From Candidatus Saccharimonadota bacterium (lineage in GTDB: Bacteria; Patescibacteriota; Gracilibacteria; BD1-5; UBA6164): DNA of 32,000 nucleotides. This document shows, in pieces, positions 8,034 through 18,258 of this stretch (position 1 is the stretch's first letter; every line of letters begins with the position of its first letter). A program made the position numbers and the translations under genes. The stretch is taken from the NCBI GenBank assembly GCA_963677765.1, contig OY782392.1, positions 720,001 to 752,000 on the forward strand, read 5' to 3'. Under the pieces are notes generated by a model, which was not told the origin of the DNA, ran no database searches, and saw only the letters and a program-made list of their open reading frames with translations.

Positions 8034-9557
8034 ATGGAACAAAACGAAACAAAAATAACAATAAATAAAAAAAATAAAATAATTATATTGATTATCGCTA
8101 TTTTATTTTTTATATATGTATTTCTATTTCTTTGAGCTAAAAAAATAGAAATGATATCAACTTTTCCTTGATATAAAATAGACAATACAAATTTATCAGT
8201 TGATAAAGTATTATATTGAGAATATGAAGAAATAAATATAGATGATTGATATTGAAATAATATAAATTGAATCTATGTGAAATCTGATATTGAAAATGCA
8301 AAGACAGTTTATTTTTTTCATGGTAATAGTTGACCTATATATTTTTTCTATAATTGGATAAATTATATAAATAAATTATGATTTAATGTTATGGTTTATG
8401 ATTATCCTTGATATTGAAAATCAGATTGATTACCATATAAAAATAATGTATCTAATTTTTCTCAAAAGTTTTATGATTATTTAAAAGAAGAAAAGAATAT
8501 AAAAAATGAAGATTTAATAGTTTGGTGATATAGTATTTGAACAGCTGTATGAGTTGATTTTGCTTCAAATAATGAATTTGATAAAATATTATTATTTGCC
8601 CCTCTTTCTTCTAGATATGATGCATCAAAACATTATTTATGATTTGCCGCACAAAAGTTATTTTTTATAAAAGATAGTTATGATACTTATAAAATAGTAA
8701 AAAATTTTAAAAGAGATGCTTTAATTATTCATTGAAATAAAGATTGAATTATTCCATTTTGGCATTGAAAAAAAGTTTTTGAAAATTATAAATGAAATAA
8801 ATATTTTATAGAAATAGATAATCAATGACATAATAATATTATAGAAAATAATTGAGAATATTTATTATGATTTATAAGAGACTTTTTGAATGATTATGAT
8901 ATATGAAAAGAAATACTTTTAGATGATGATTTTAAATCCTTATTACAAGACTCGATAGATGAAAATAAATTTATAGATTCTCTAGATATGAAAACAGATA
9001 GCTCTTTGCAAAAATTTGTTACATCTAATTTGAGTTTTCAAGATAAATCATATATTCCAGAAAATCTTATAAATATAAAATGAGATTATATTATTGATTG
9101 AAAATGATGAAGTCAGTTGCTTAGAAAAGAAGCAAATGAGAGTCTTCAAAATATGTCAGAGTTATTTTTCAATGACTTATGAGAAAAAATGCTTGTAGTT
9201 AGTGCATATAGAAGTTATAACTATCAAAAATGAATAAAAGATAGAGGTTGTCCGGACAATCTTTGTGCAAAAGCTTGATATAGTGAACATCAAAGTTGAT
9301 TAGCTGTAGATTTTTGGGAAGCATCAACAAAATATGATTGGGATAATAATCCAAAACTACAAAAGTATTATATTTGGTTAAATGATAATGCTCATAAATT
9401 TGGTTTTCATAATACTTACCAAAGGTGATTAAATATTGACTGATATGAAATTGAACCATGGCATTGGAGGTATTTATGAGTTGAATTAGCAACTTATTTA
9501 AAAAACAAAGATTTAACTATAGCAGAGTTTTATAATGTAATAAATAATGACAATTAG
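8034..9557 (+). CDS. Membrane-anchored fusion: alpha/beta-fold serine hydrolase + VanY/M15B D-alanyl-D-alanine carboxypeptidase
   Basis: The N-terminal TM segment is IIILIIAILFFIYVFLFLGA. The hydrolase half has VYFFHGNSG, the GYSIGTA nucleophile elbow, IIHGNKDGIIPF and a catalytic-type His (NQGHNNI). The C-terminal half reads VVSAYRSYNYQ...AGYSEHQSGLAVDF...AHKFGFHNTY...EIEPWHWRY (VanY SxHxxGxAxD and ExxH). 508 codons. Confidence 0.8.
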
Positions 9558-9567
9558 TTTACTTTTT

Positions 9568-9608
9568 AAAATACAAATATATAATGATTTTATATATTTG
9601 TATTTTTT
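9568..9608 (+). terminator. Rho-independent terminator after the hydrolase-VanY gene
   Basis: 16-bp arms AAAATACAAATATATA / TATATATTTGTATTTT, a 7-nt loop and trailing Ts. Confidence 0.7.
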
Positions 9609-9625
9609 ATTGTAATAAATTAATA

Positions 9626-10303
9626 ATGGCTAAAAGAAATAGGGTAGAGAATAGACAAAAATGACCTATGAAAACAGGTTTTCATAGAAAGAAAAAAGTA
9701 AATCAATGAAAATATATAGTTAGAGATGATTATGCTATAAAAGCTCAAAAAGCATGATTTAGAGCTAGAAGTGTTTATAAATTATTAGAAATACAAGAAA
9801 GATTTGATTTAATAAAACCAGATTATTCTGTTATTGATATTTGATGTGCTCCTTGAAGTTTTCTACAAGCTATTAGAAATATAGTTAGAGAAAAAACTAT
9901 TATTTGAGTCGATTTAAAAGAAGTAAAACCTTTCTCATATCCAAATGTTTCTACTATAGTTTGTAGTATATTTGAATATGACGAATTAAGTAAAAGGGTT
10001 TTAGAAATAATTTGAGATGACCAGTTTGATTTAATAACTAGTGATATAGCTCCAAATACTACTTGAAGATTTGATGTTGATCAATATGCAAGTGTGGAAC
10101 TTAATATTGCTATATGTGAGTTTAGTGATAGGTTTTTAAAAAAATGATGAAATATGCTTCTAAAAGTATTTAAATGAGAAGATTTCAATGACTTAGTTCA
10201 GCAAGTAAAAAAAAGATTTGAAACAATGAAAACTTATAAGCCAATGGCTTGTCGTGATAGTTCTCATGAAGAATATATAATTTGTTTAAATAAAAAAGAC
10301 TAG
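9626..10303 (+). CDS. rlmE: 23S rRNA (uridine-2'-O)-methyltransferase RlmE/FtsJ
   Basis: ...RDDYAIKAQKAGFRARSVYKLLEIQERFDLIKPDYSVIDIGCAPGSFLQ...DLITSDIAPNTTG...KVFKGEDF. It carries the FtsJ/RrmJ signature blocks. 226 codons end at TAG. Confidence 0.9.
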
Positions 10304-10322
10304 TAAAATACTAGTCTTTTTT
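10292..10322. terminator. Bidirectional palindromic terminator shared by rlmE and the convergent small gene
   Basis: AAAAAAGACTAGTA-AAA-TACTAGTCTTTTTT. It contains both TAG stops (10301-10303 on + and 10311-10313 on -). Confidence 0.8.
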
Positions 10323-10565
10323 TATATCAAGTTCTTTAGCAATTGATTCATTTATTTCTTTTTGAAGTACTATTTTTCTTAGCATTTCTTTTTTTTCTTT
10401 TTTTTCTTTTTCTTTATTTTTTTCTATTAATATTATTTTTATAAGAGGTAGTAAATAAAATGTTGTTATATATATAATTATAACTCATAAAGTTAATACT
10501 AAAATATCTATAATTCAAAAATTAATTAAATGAATTATATTTGATAATATTTCAGATGATGTCAT
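10311..10565 (-). CDS. Small membrane protein (84 aa) with a Lys/Glu-rich tail, downstream of the sortase gene
   Basis: MTSSEILSNIIHLINFGIIDILVLTLGVIIIYITTFYLLPLIKIILIEKNKEKEKKEKKEMLRKIVLQKEINESIAKELDIKKD. It has two hydrophobic segments, starts 42 nt after the sortase stop and has 85 TAA/TAG-free codons. I recognise no homology. Confidence 0.5.
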
Positions 10566-10607
10566 ATATTTATATTCAAATCACAACATTTTTTATAAAT
10601 TTAATAA

Positions 10608-11540
10608 TTATTTCTTTTCAACTAATTCTCATATTACTACTAATCTGTTTATAGTTGTACCTATAGGCCGACAAGTCATAAGAGTTATTTTTGTTTTATT
10701 TGGTTCTTGTTTTAGAATCGATACGTCACCAGGTTTAATAACTTTTTTTTCTCTTATTTTATAAGTATACTTTTCTTGACCATAATATGCAATAACTTCA
10801 TCTCAATAAACTAAGTTATCTAATTGAGCAAATACATCATTATATTCTCATTTCATCCATGGTAGATTAGAAGAATGACCAAATATGAAACTATTTCATT
10901 CTTTACCTGGTTTTGCACTTCCAGGATATCTTATTATACCATTTTCCAATTCTTTCATAAAAATATCATTTAATTCGTTTTCTCAGCTAATAGTTTTATT
11001 TTGTACTTCTAATAGAGGTATATTTTTTCATATTTTTGGTACTATAATTCTATTTGTAAAAGGAGTTATTTCTATATCTAAATTTATTTCTTTTTCTTCT
11101 AAGTCTTTTTTATATTTTTGTATAGTTGATGCTTCTAAAGATTCTTCTTCATTATTTGCATTAGTTTCCTCTACAAGTTTTGTCTTTATTTTTGCTGCTT
11201 CTACAGAGTTAAGTATACCATTTTTTGTTTGTTCAGCTTGTTCTTTAAAAATAATACTTTTAGCTACTTGTACATATGCACTATAGTTAGTTGTAACTAG
11301 AAGTACTCAAAAAATAGCAGAAGTTGTTGCTATGTATTTAATTAAGAAAATAATACTAGACCAAATATTAAAAGATTTTTTTATTTCTTTTTTATTTTCT
11401 GAAACTATTATTTCATAATTGTAAACTATATTATTTTTTTCAATTTGTAAATCTTCTATTTTCAAATTTAAGTTATTTTCATATTCTTTGAAAATATCAA
11501 AGTTATCAATATCGTTTAAAATATCTTTTTTAGAACTCAT
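10608..11540 (-). CDS. Sortase family transpeptidase (N-terminally membrane anchored)
   Basis: ...IIVPKIGKNIPLLEV...GIIRYPGSAKPGKEGNSFIFGHSS...GDEVIAYYG...KITLMTCRPIGTTINRLVVIGEL. The catalytic His (GHSS), the TLxTC Cys and the Arg are present. Track ORF 11307-11540 is its N-terminal fragment. 311 codons. Confidence 0.85.
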
Positions 11541-11565
11541 ACTATTTTATTATTTTTTAATTTTG

Positions 11566-11579
11566 TTTTTGTTTTTGTA
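11566..11579 (-). other. 14-nt motif TACAAAAACAAAAA at -39..-26 of the sortase ATG (copy 1 of 2)
   Basis: An identical 14-mer occurs at the identical distance upstream of the VTC gene ATG (31973-31986). Confidence 0.4.
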
Positions 11580-11700
11580 ATTAAATTTTACTATAATTTT
11601 TTTTTAATTGCAAAAAATCGTATTAGTTTTCAAAAGAACTTGAAATATTTTAATTTTTATTTATATTTATTAGTAGTTTAGATAAATTAGAACTCAAATT

Positions 11701-12153
11701 ATGGCAAAAAAATATGAAAAGAGTTCAGGTTGAATTGTATACCGTAAAAAATGATCTAAAGTTGAAATCTTACTTCTTAAGTGGTTAAATTCTAAAAACC
11801 AAGAAATATATGTTATCCCAAAATGACATATTGAGCAATGAGAAGTTGCTAAAGATACAGCTATTAGAGAAATATCTGAGGAAGCTTGATTAGACCAAAA
11901 AGATTTGGAAATAATTAAGTTTATTACTAAGCTAAACTATACATTTACAGCAGGGTATTTAGAAAATAATCCTGTAATCGATAAGGATGTTTATCTTTTT
12001 TTAGTTAAATATAATTGAACTAAAGCTCCCATAGTTCAAACAGAAGAAAGGTTTGTATGATACTCTTGGTTTACTTTGGAAGAGTTGAAAAAAATAAAGG
12101 TTATGTTTGATATAGGTTCTATAATATCAAGAAACAAGACTTTTTTTATATAG
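11701..12153 (+). CDS. NUDIX hydrolase
   Basis: MAKKYEKSSGGIVYRKKGSKVEILLLK...YVIPKGHIEQGEVAKDTAIREISEEAGL. It matches the Nudix box GX5EX7REUXEEXGU. 151 codons end at TAG. Confidence 0.85.
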
Positions 12154-12166
12154 ATAATTTTATGAT

Positions 12167-12634
12167 ATGGAAATAGTAAATAATAAATGAGTAATTGAAA
12201 TTATATCTAACTCTAAAAATAAAATTTTATTTAATACTATAAGTTTAGATGTTCTTATAGATGAATTAAAAGTTGATCATCCTGGAGAATTTGAAAAAGC
12301 ATGAATTTTACTAGAAGTAAAAGAGTATAACTCTATACTTTTTTATAGTTTTACTATCGATTCTAAACACTTAGTTATCATTGCTAATGATACTTTTGAG
12401 TTAAAAGAAGAAATTCTTAGTTTTTTCTGAGATGTAGATGTTTTAGTTATAACTTGATCTAAACAGTCTGCTAAAATATTTGAAAATATTGAAGCTAGAT
12501 TGGTTATTCCTTATTGAGAATGAAAACATGCATTCTTAACTACTTTATGACAACATCCTGAGCCAGTATCTATCTACAAAGTAAAATGAGAATTGTCAGA
12601 TGATTCAAATGAATTTGTAGATTTAGAAGATTAA
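12167..12634 (+). CDS. Hypothetical protein (weak resemblance to the C-terminal part of MBL-fold/UPF0173 hydrolases; no HxHxDH motif)
   Basis: MEIVNNKGVIEIISNSKNK...FFGDVDVLVITGSKQSAKIFENIEARLVIPYGEGKHAF... 156 TAA/TAG-free codons, starting 13 nt after the Nudix gene. Confidence 0.5.
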
Positions 12635-12671
12635 AAAAAGAAAGCTTTTAAGCTTTCTTTTTTTAATCTTC
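12626..12671. terminator. Bidirectional palindromic terminator (22-2-22) shared by convergent genes
   Basis: GAAGATTAAAAAAAGAAAGCTT-TT-AAGCTTTCTTTTTTTAATCTTC. It includes the last two sense codons plus the stop (GAA GAT TAA) of both genes. Confidence 0.8.
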
Positions 12672-13205
12672 TTTTGGTATAACTGCTTCTATAGCTGCAA
12701 ATGTTGCATCTTTTCATTCAGGTACAATTATTGTTATTTTATCTCATATATTAGCTCTAAAATGTGTAACAGCTGCTGTTAATAAATCATATGTTTTTCA
12801 TTCACTAACAACTTGATATTTATCTTTTTCTTTTACAATAAGACCAGTTTTATATAATCTTTCTATAGGTGCAATTTGTTTATATAGCATTTTTCAATTT
12901 TCTTTTATTGTAAGTTTTAATTTATCTCATTGTACCATTTTTGATTTTGAAGAATAATTAACAGGTACAGGGTATTTATTTCAATCAGAACCTAACATTT
13001 CTAATCATGTGAAAACTCATTCAATAATTTTTGCATCCTCATCACTATAAGAGTTTAATCATTTAGTATCAAGATTTAAATTAGTATCAAGATTTATATT
13101 GTTTTCATCAATTACGTCTTTTAATAGTTTTTTAGCACTTTTTATAGATTTTTCTGCTGATATAATAAAGTCTCTTATAGCTGCAATTGTTTTTTTGTTT
13201 TCCAT
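12663..13205 (-). CDS. Hypothetical protein (180 aa)
   Basis: MENKKTIAAIRDFIISAEKSIKSAKKLLKDV...GNKYPVPVNYSSKSKMVQGDKLKLTIKENGKMLYKQIAPIERL...IIVPEGKDATFAAIEAVIPKED. 181 TAA/TAG-free codons. I cannot assign a function. Confidence 0.55.
13063..13096. repeat. In-frame 18-bp tandem duplication inside the 12663-13205 gene
   Basis: TTAGTATCAAGATTTA occurs at 13063-13078 and 13081-13096 (period 18). It encodes the repeated NLDT(N/K) peptide. Confidence 0.8.
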
Positions 13206-13285
13206 AAATTTATTTTTATTTTTTAATATTGATAATATCTTAACAAATTTTTATTTAGTTGTAAATAAATTGAACTTTACAATAA

Positions 13286-14305
13286 TTAAAAATATATTTC
13301 TATAAAATTATCTATGTAATTTATAAACAAAACTGTTATAAAAAAACCTATTCATAGAAATGGTCAAAAAGCTACTTGTGTATCAATTTTTGATTTTTTT
13401 GTTTTTATGTATTTATTTATGATTAAAAATATTGATATTATACTTCATACTATATAAGTAATCATCATTCATGCTATAGAATAACTTACACCTAATAATA
13501 ATCATATCATTATTCATATTCTTAAGTCTCATCATCATAAGGCTTTTCATCCTGATAAAACTATTTGTAAAAAGAAAAATATGAATATTCCCAAAGCTCA
13601 AACTATTCAACTTATTAGAGGGAATTCATTAAGGCTATATCAAGTTATATTTATATATATACTTATTATAGATATAATTATTGCTAATATAGCAATATCA
13701 TATTTTATTTCTAATTCTTTTAACATTATTATATATAATAATCATATTATTATAAATGCTAAAGGAATGAAAAATAAATTATATATTAAAAAGTTATCAT
13801 TATTAAAATCATTCATGTATGGAATAATATTTAGAAACCATTCATTAGCTATTAGTCATAATATTGCTATTATAATTCAGCTTAACATTATTCATTCATG
13901 TATTTCTAAAAATAATATATCATAAAATATATATAGTGTTGTTATAAATCATATTATTAACCAAAATATTAATTTTATTATTTCAGTTCAATCTAATAAT
14001 ATTATATTGTTTATATCTACTAAAAATATAGATATTGCTAAAAATAATATTCAATTAAAAATTTCTAAAGAAGGGTAAACATATGAAATACTCGATTTAC
14101 AATATCTACATTTTCAAAAAGTTGATAACCAAGATAATATAGGAACTAAATCATAATATTTAAGTTTTGTATTACAACTATTACAATGACTTCTTCATCA
14201 TAATATTCATTTTTCTCAAGATTTTAATCTATGAATTATAACAGATCAAAAACTTCAAAAAAGAGCTCAATATATAAAAATTATTATATATAAAAATATT
14301 TCCAT
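13286..14305 (-). CDS. pilD: Prepilin peptidase (type IV leader peptidase, A24 family), 339 aa
   Basis: MEIFLYIIIFIYGALFGSFGSVIIHRL...GGRSHCNSCNTKLKYYDLVPILSWLSTFGKCRYCKSSISYVYPSLE...GKALGGGDLRIGIMIG...VAFGPFLGIGFF. It has the zinc-finger CxxC...CxxC, GxGD and FGPFL blocks. 340 codons. Track ORFs 13413-13610(-) and 13581-13925(+) here are off-frame or antisense. Confidence 0.85.
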
Positions 14306-14434
14306 TTTCTAATAAATTATTGTTATATCTTACATAGTATATTTAAATATAATTAAATAAAAGTTTAAATTTTAGACATTATTTTTATTTTGTGTTAAAA
14401 TTATTTTATATTTTAATATTTTTATAAAAAAATT

Positions 14435-16381
14435 ATGTTATTTTTAAACCAATTTAAAAAACTTTTAGTATCATTTATTAGAAATGATTTTTCAATGGAG
14501 GCGTGAAATAATTCACCTGAACAAACTACAGTTAATGATGGTGAATCATTAGAAAATAGTATTAAAAATATACTTGCTGACAAAAGGCTTGATGGTCAAG
14601 ATTTAAGTGATGTTTCGGCTATAGAAACTATTTATTCTACAGAAAAAGCTGAATTATATAAAGAAACTAGAGATGCTATAAAATCTTTAGCTACTGAGAT
14701 GTTATCAAACTGATATACAGTTGATAATGCAAATGACTATGAGGTTATGATTAAAGTTTTAAAACTAGCATGATTTAATACAGAAAAATTTCCTTATTCA
14801 CAAGTTGATTTAGAAGAAAAATATGGATGATATTCTATTACATATGAAAATGGTGAAGTAAAAATCTTTAATTGAGTTCAATTAGATGAAACAATTAAAA
14901 GTGATGGTAGTGTAGAAGAAGCATGATTTTTTGATACTACTATCGATTCAGGTATTAATAATAATGATATTTCATCAATTAATGTTGATTCTATTATTAG
15001 TTGAGATTTGATAAATAGATTTAATGATATAAAAAATCAAATTTGAGAAATTCCAGTATGATTTGAAGAAAATATGCCTATATTGGGCAATATGGATGTT
15101 CCAGAAATTTGAAAAGATTGAAAAATTTTATCTGAAAGAGAAAGAATTGAGGCTTCAATTTCTGATTTACTTGAATATAAGTCAAATTTAGAAAATTATA
15201 ATAATCAATTAACAGAATTAAAAACATATATAGATAATTCTAAATTAGAAGAAAAACCAGAAGGTTTTGAAATTGATAAACCTGTAAAACCAGATAATTT
15301 AGATTGAATTACTTTGGAAGAATTAACTTCTTTAAGAAGTAGAATTGATAATTATAATACAGAGGTTAGAAACGAGTTAACAAGATTGGAAGACCAAAAA
15401 GCTCAACAAGAAAAAGAACAAAGACAAAAAGAAGCTGCAGAATGACAAGCTCTTAATAAAGCAAAAAGATTTTATGAAAGAGTTTGAGCTACGAGTGATA
15501 GTATAAAAGAATTACAAGCCTTAGTTTGATTAGAGGGTGAGTCTATAGATGGTAAATTTTGACCACAAACTTTTAGAGCTATTAGAGATAAACAAACTGA
15601 ATTATGAATTACTTCAGATGGTATGGCTTGAAAAACTACGTTAGAAAAATTAAATGTAGAAAAAACAGTTCAAGATTTTTATAGCTTTGATTCACAAAAA
15701 CAAGAAGAATCATTAGTTGATTCTGCATGAAAAACTATTTCAGAATGATTTAGCTCAGCTGCTGATGCTGTTTCAGAATGATTTAAAACAGTAAAAGAGT
15801 GGATTTCTGAAGTATTTAATACAAACAAAGATTTACTCACTATAAAATGAGCTAATTGAAAAGAAATAACTCTTGAATTTGAAGAATGAGATGAAAATAA
15901 TCCAGCTCAAATACATGTAGATACACCATTTTTTGATTGAGTAAGTGATTTTCCATTAACTAATTTACCAGATAATTTAAGTTCATATGAAGATGCTTTA
16001 ACTTATGTTCAAGCAAAAGTTGAATCTATTAAACAAGAATATGATAATCAATATTTAGATAATGCTATAAATATGGTTAGTTCTGGAAGATGATATAGTT
16101 ATAGTGTATGAAGCTTTGAGACAAAAGATTGAAATAACTTAGACGTTAATTTGATACAAGATACTGATCATGATAACAATTTTAAATGAGTATATGTTGA
16201 AGTTAATACTCCAGTATGAGATGATATATGGGATAGTGATACTAGAATTGATTTATTAGATTCAAATGGATGAGAACTTACTAGAGAACAAGTTATGCAA
16301 GCAGTAGATCAAGCTAAAGTTAAATATGAAGAAAAATATAAAGAAGTACAAGAAAAACAAAAAAATGAGAATAATGACTAA
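14435..16381 (+). CDS. Large hypothetical protein with a coiled-coil region and a peptidoglycan-binding (PG_binding_1-like) domain
   Basis: 648 aa. The central segment is ...IKELQALVGLEGESIDGKFGPQTFRAIRDKQTELGITSDGMAGKTTLEKL (pattern lQ..L....DG.fGp.T..A...fQ...gl..dG..g..T). The coiled-coil-like stretch is LTRLEDQKAQQEKEQRQKEAAEGQ. I see no obvious signal peptide. Confidence 0.65.
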
Positions 16382-16386
16382 TAAAT

Positions 16387-16416
16387 AAAAAACCTAAGAT
16401 TTAATCTTAGGTTTTT
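16387..16416. terminator. Terminator between convergent genes
   Basis: AAAAAACCTAAGAT-TTA-ATCTTAGGTTTTT. Confidence 0.75.
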
Positions 16417-17575
16417 ATTTTACTTTTAGGTTTAAGTTTTTTTCTTCTTTTTGTTTTTCTTTTATATTTTTATTAGCTTTAGAAGCTTTTTTATAAAGAT
16501 TTTCAGATAACTCTATTATTTCATATATATAAGGCATTCTATATGTTTTATTATTTATTTTTCATAATCCAAAGCATATAGGGAATAGAATTAACAACAT
16601 TATAGCTGAACTTATTATTCATAATAGATTTAATATAAATAATATAATAAATATAATAGTTATTGTAATTCAAGTTTTTATATGAATTTTATAATTAGAT
16701 TTTATTTCTTTAATAAATATTAGATTTATTATTGGGATATAAATCAAATTTTTATTTAGCTTTAATTCTTCTAATTTAGATAATTCTATTTTATCATTTT
16801 CTTTAACTATTTTTTTCTCATTTATTATTTCTTTTTTTATATCTTTAAATTCTTTAAAGTCTCACTTAAAATAATTTGATATATATCTTATAATAGTTTT
16901 TTGTAATGTTATTTTACCTTCAGGTAAAAAGTAATATGGTAGATTAAAACTTATTAGTTCATCTCTAGTAAATAAATTTATTCATATAAATATTATTAGT
17001 ATAGTATATGATAATATAAATAAACTTGTTAAGTTTCAATATCATAATAAATTTATCAAGTATATTATGATAGTTATAAATAAATTTATTTTTAATATAT
17101 TTTTTATACTTTCATTTTCAAACTTAGAACCTACTATATATCATATAAAAGGTATATAAGAGAGTATTATAGAAAGTTTATCTTTTTCATTGTAATTATT
17201 CTCATTTTTGATTTCTAATTTTATATTTTTATTTGTTTTTATAAAATTTCAAATATCAAATAAATCTCATTTAAATGCTTTATATATTCAAACTAGAGTT
17301 AATCATAATAAAAATATAAATATTATATTTGCAATAATTATGTTTAATCAATATCAAAATAAATTAATTTGATATAAAAGAGAATTTGTTATAAAAATTA
17401 TATAATTTATAGCGAATCATATATGTATTATAATGGAAGCTTTTACATGATTTTTAACAAAATCATTATTTATATATTTATTATCTTTATTTAGCAAAAG
17501 AAGACCTGATATAAATATCAATAAATATGCGGAAATTGCATTATTTATAGTTTTTTGTTCTATGTTTTGAGACAT
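16415..17575 (-). CDS. Polytopic membrane protein, hypothetical (386 aa)
   Basis: MSQNIEQKTINNAISAYLLIFISGLLLL...LSIILSYIPFIGYIVGS...LIYIPIINLIFIKE... It has three similar hydrophobic modules separated by Lys/Asn/Glu-rich loops. 387 TAA/TAG-free codons in roughly 20% GC DNA. Confidence 0.6.
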
Positions 17576-17653
17576 TTTATTTTTTTTACTTTATATTTTT
17601 AAATTCTTCCTTATTATATCATATAAGTTTATTATTAACAAAATATTTTATAA

Positions 17654-18235
17654 ATGAATTTAAAATTAGTAAAATTCTTAAAATCAGTATGATTATGAGC
17701 TACAGAATACTATTTTGATGATTATAACGAGGTAGTTTTTGTATGAAGATCAAATATGTGAAAATCAAGTTTAATGAATGCTCTTTTTGAGAAAAAAGAT
17801 TTAGTTAAAACTTCTTCAAAACCATGAAAAACTAGATTAGCAAATATCTTTTTAGTAGAAAATAAGTATTATTTTACAGATTTACCTGGTTACTGATTTG
17901 CTAAATTAGGTAAAAATTTAAAAGATGAATTAGATGGTTTAATATCATGGTATTTAGAAGAAAGGTCAGAGTCTATAAAAAAAGTAGTATTACTTATTGA
18001 TTCTAAATTATGACCACAAGAAGCTGACATCGATATGTATAAATATATATTGGATTTAGAATTGCCAGTTTTGATTGTTTTATCAAAAATTGATAAATTA
18101 TCAAATAGTGAATACCAAAAGTCTTTAAAATTTGCAAAAGAAACATTTTTCTGACAAGATATAATATGAGTTTCAAGTGTTAAAAAAACATGATTAAAAG
18201 ATTTGTCTAAATCTCTTAAATCTTGTTTAATATAA
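17654..18235 (+). CDS. engB: Ribosome-biogenesis GTPase EngB/YsxC
   Basis: ...[42 protein letters not shown]...YFTDLPGYGFAKL...VLSKIDKL. It has G1 GxxxxGKS, the PGKT block, the DLPGYG block and G4 SKxD. 194 codons. Confidence 0.9.
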
Positions 18236-18258
18236 AATTATTTTTATAAAAAATAAAT

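Noticed and set aside
4082-13925. Other track ORFs: 4082-4276(+), 5304-5552(+), 9199-9492(-), 10885-11286(+), 13099-13305(+), 13413-13610(-), 13581-13925(+). Further right are 26095-26295(+) and 30588-30776(-).
   Set aside because: Each is antisense or out of frame relative to a motif-bearing table-25 gene (YgjV-like, TIMP-like, VanY fusion, sortase, the 180-aa hypothetical, pilD, response regulator, CYTH). Their translations are low-complexity.
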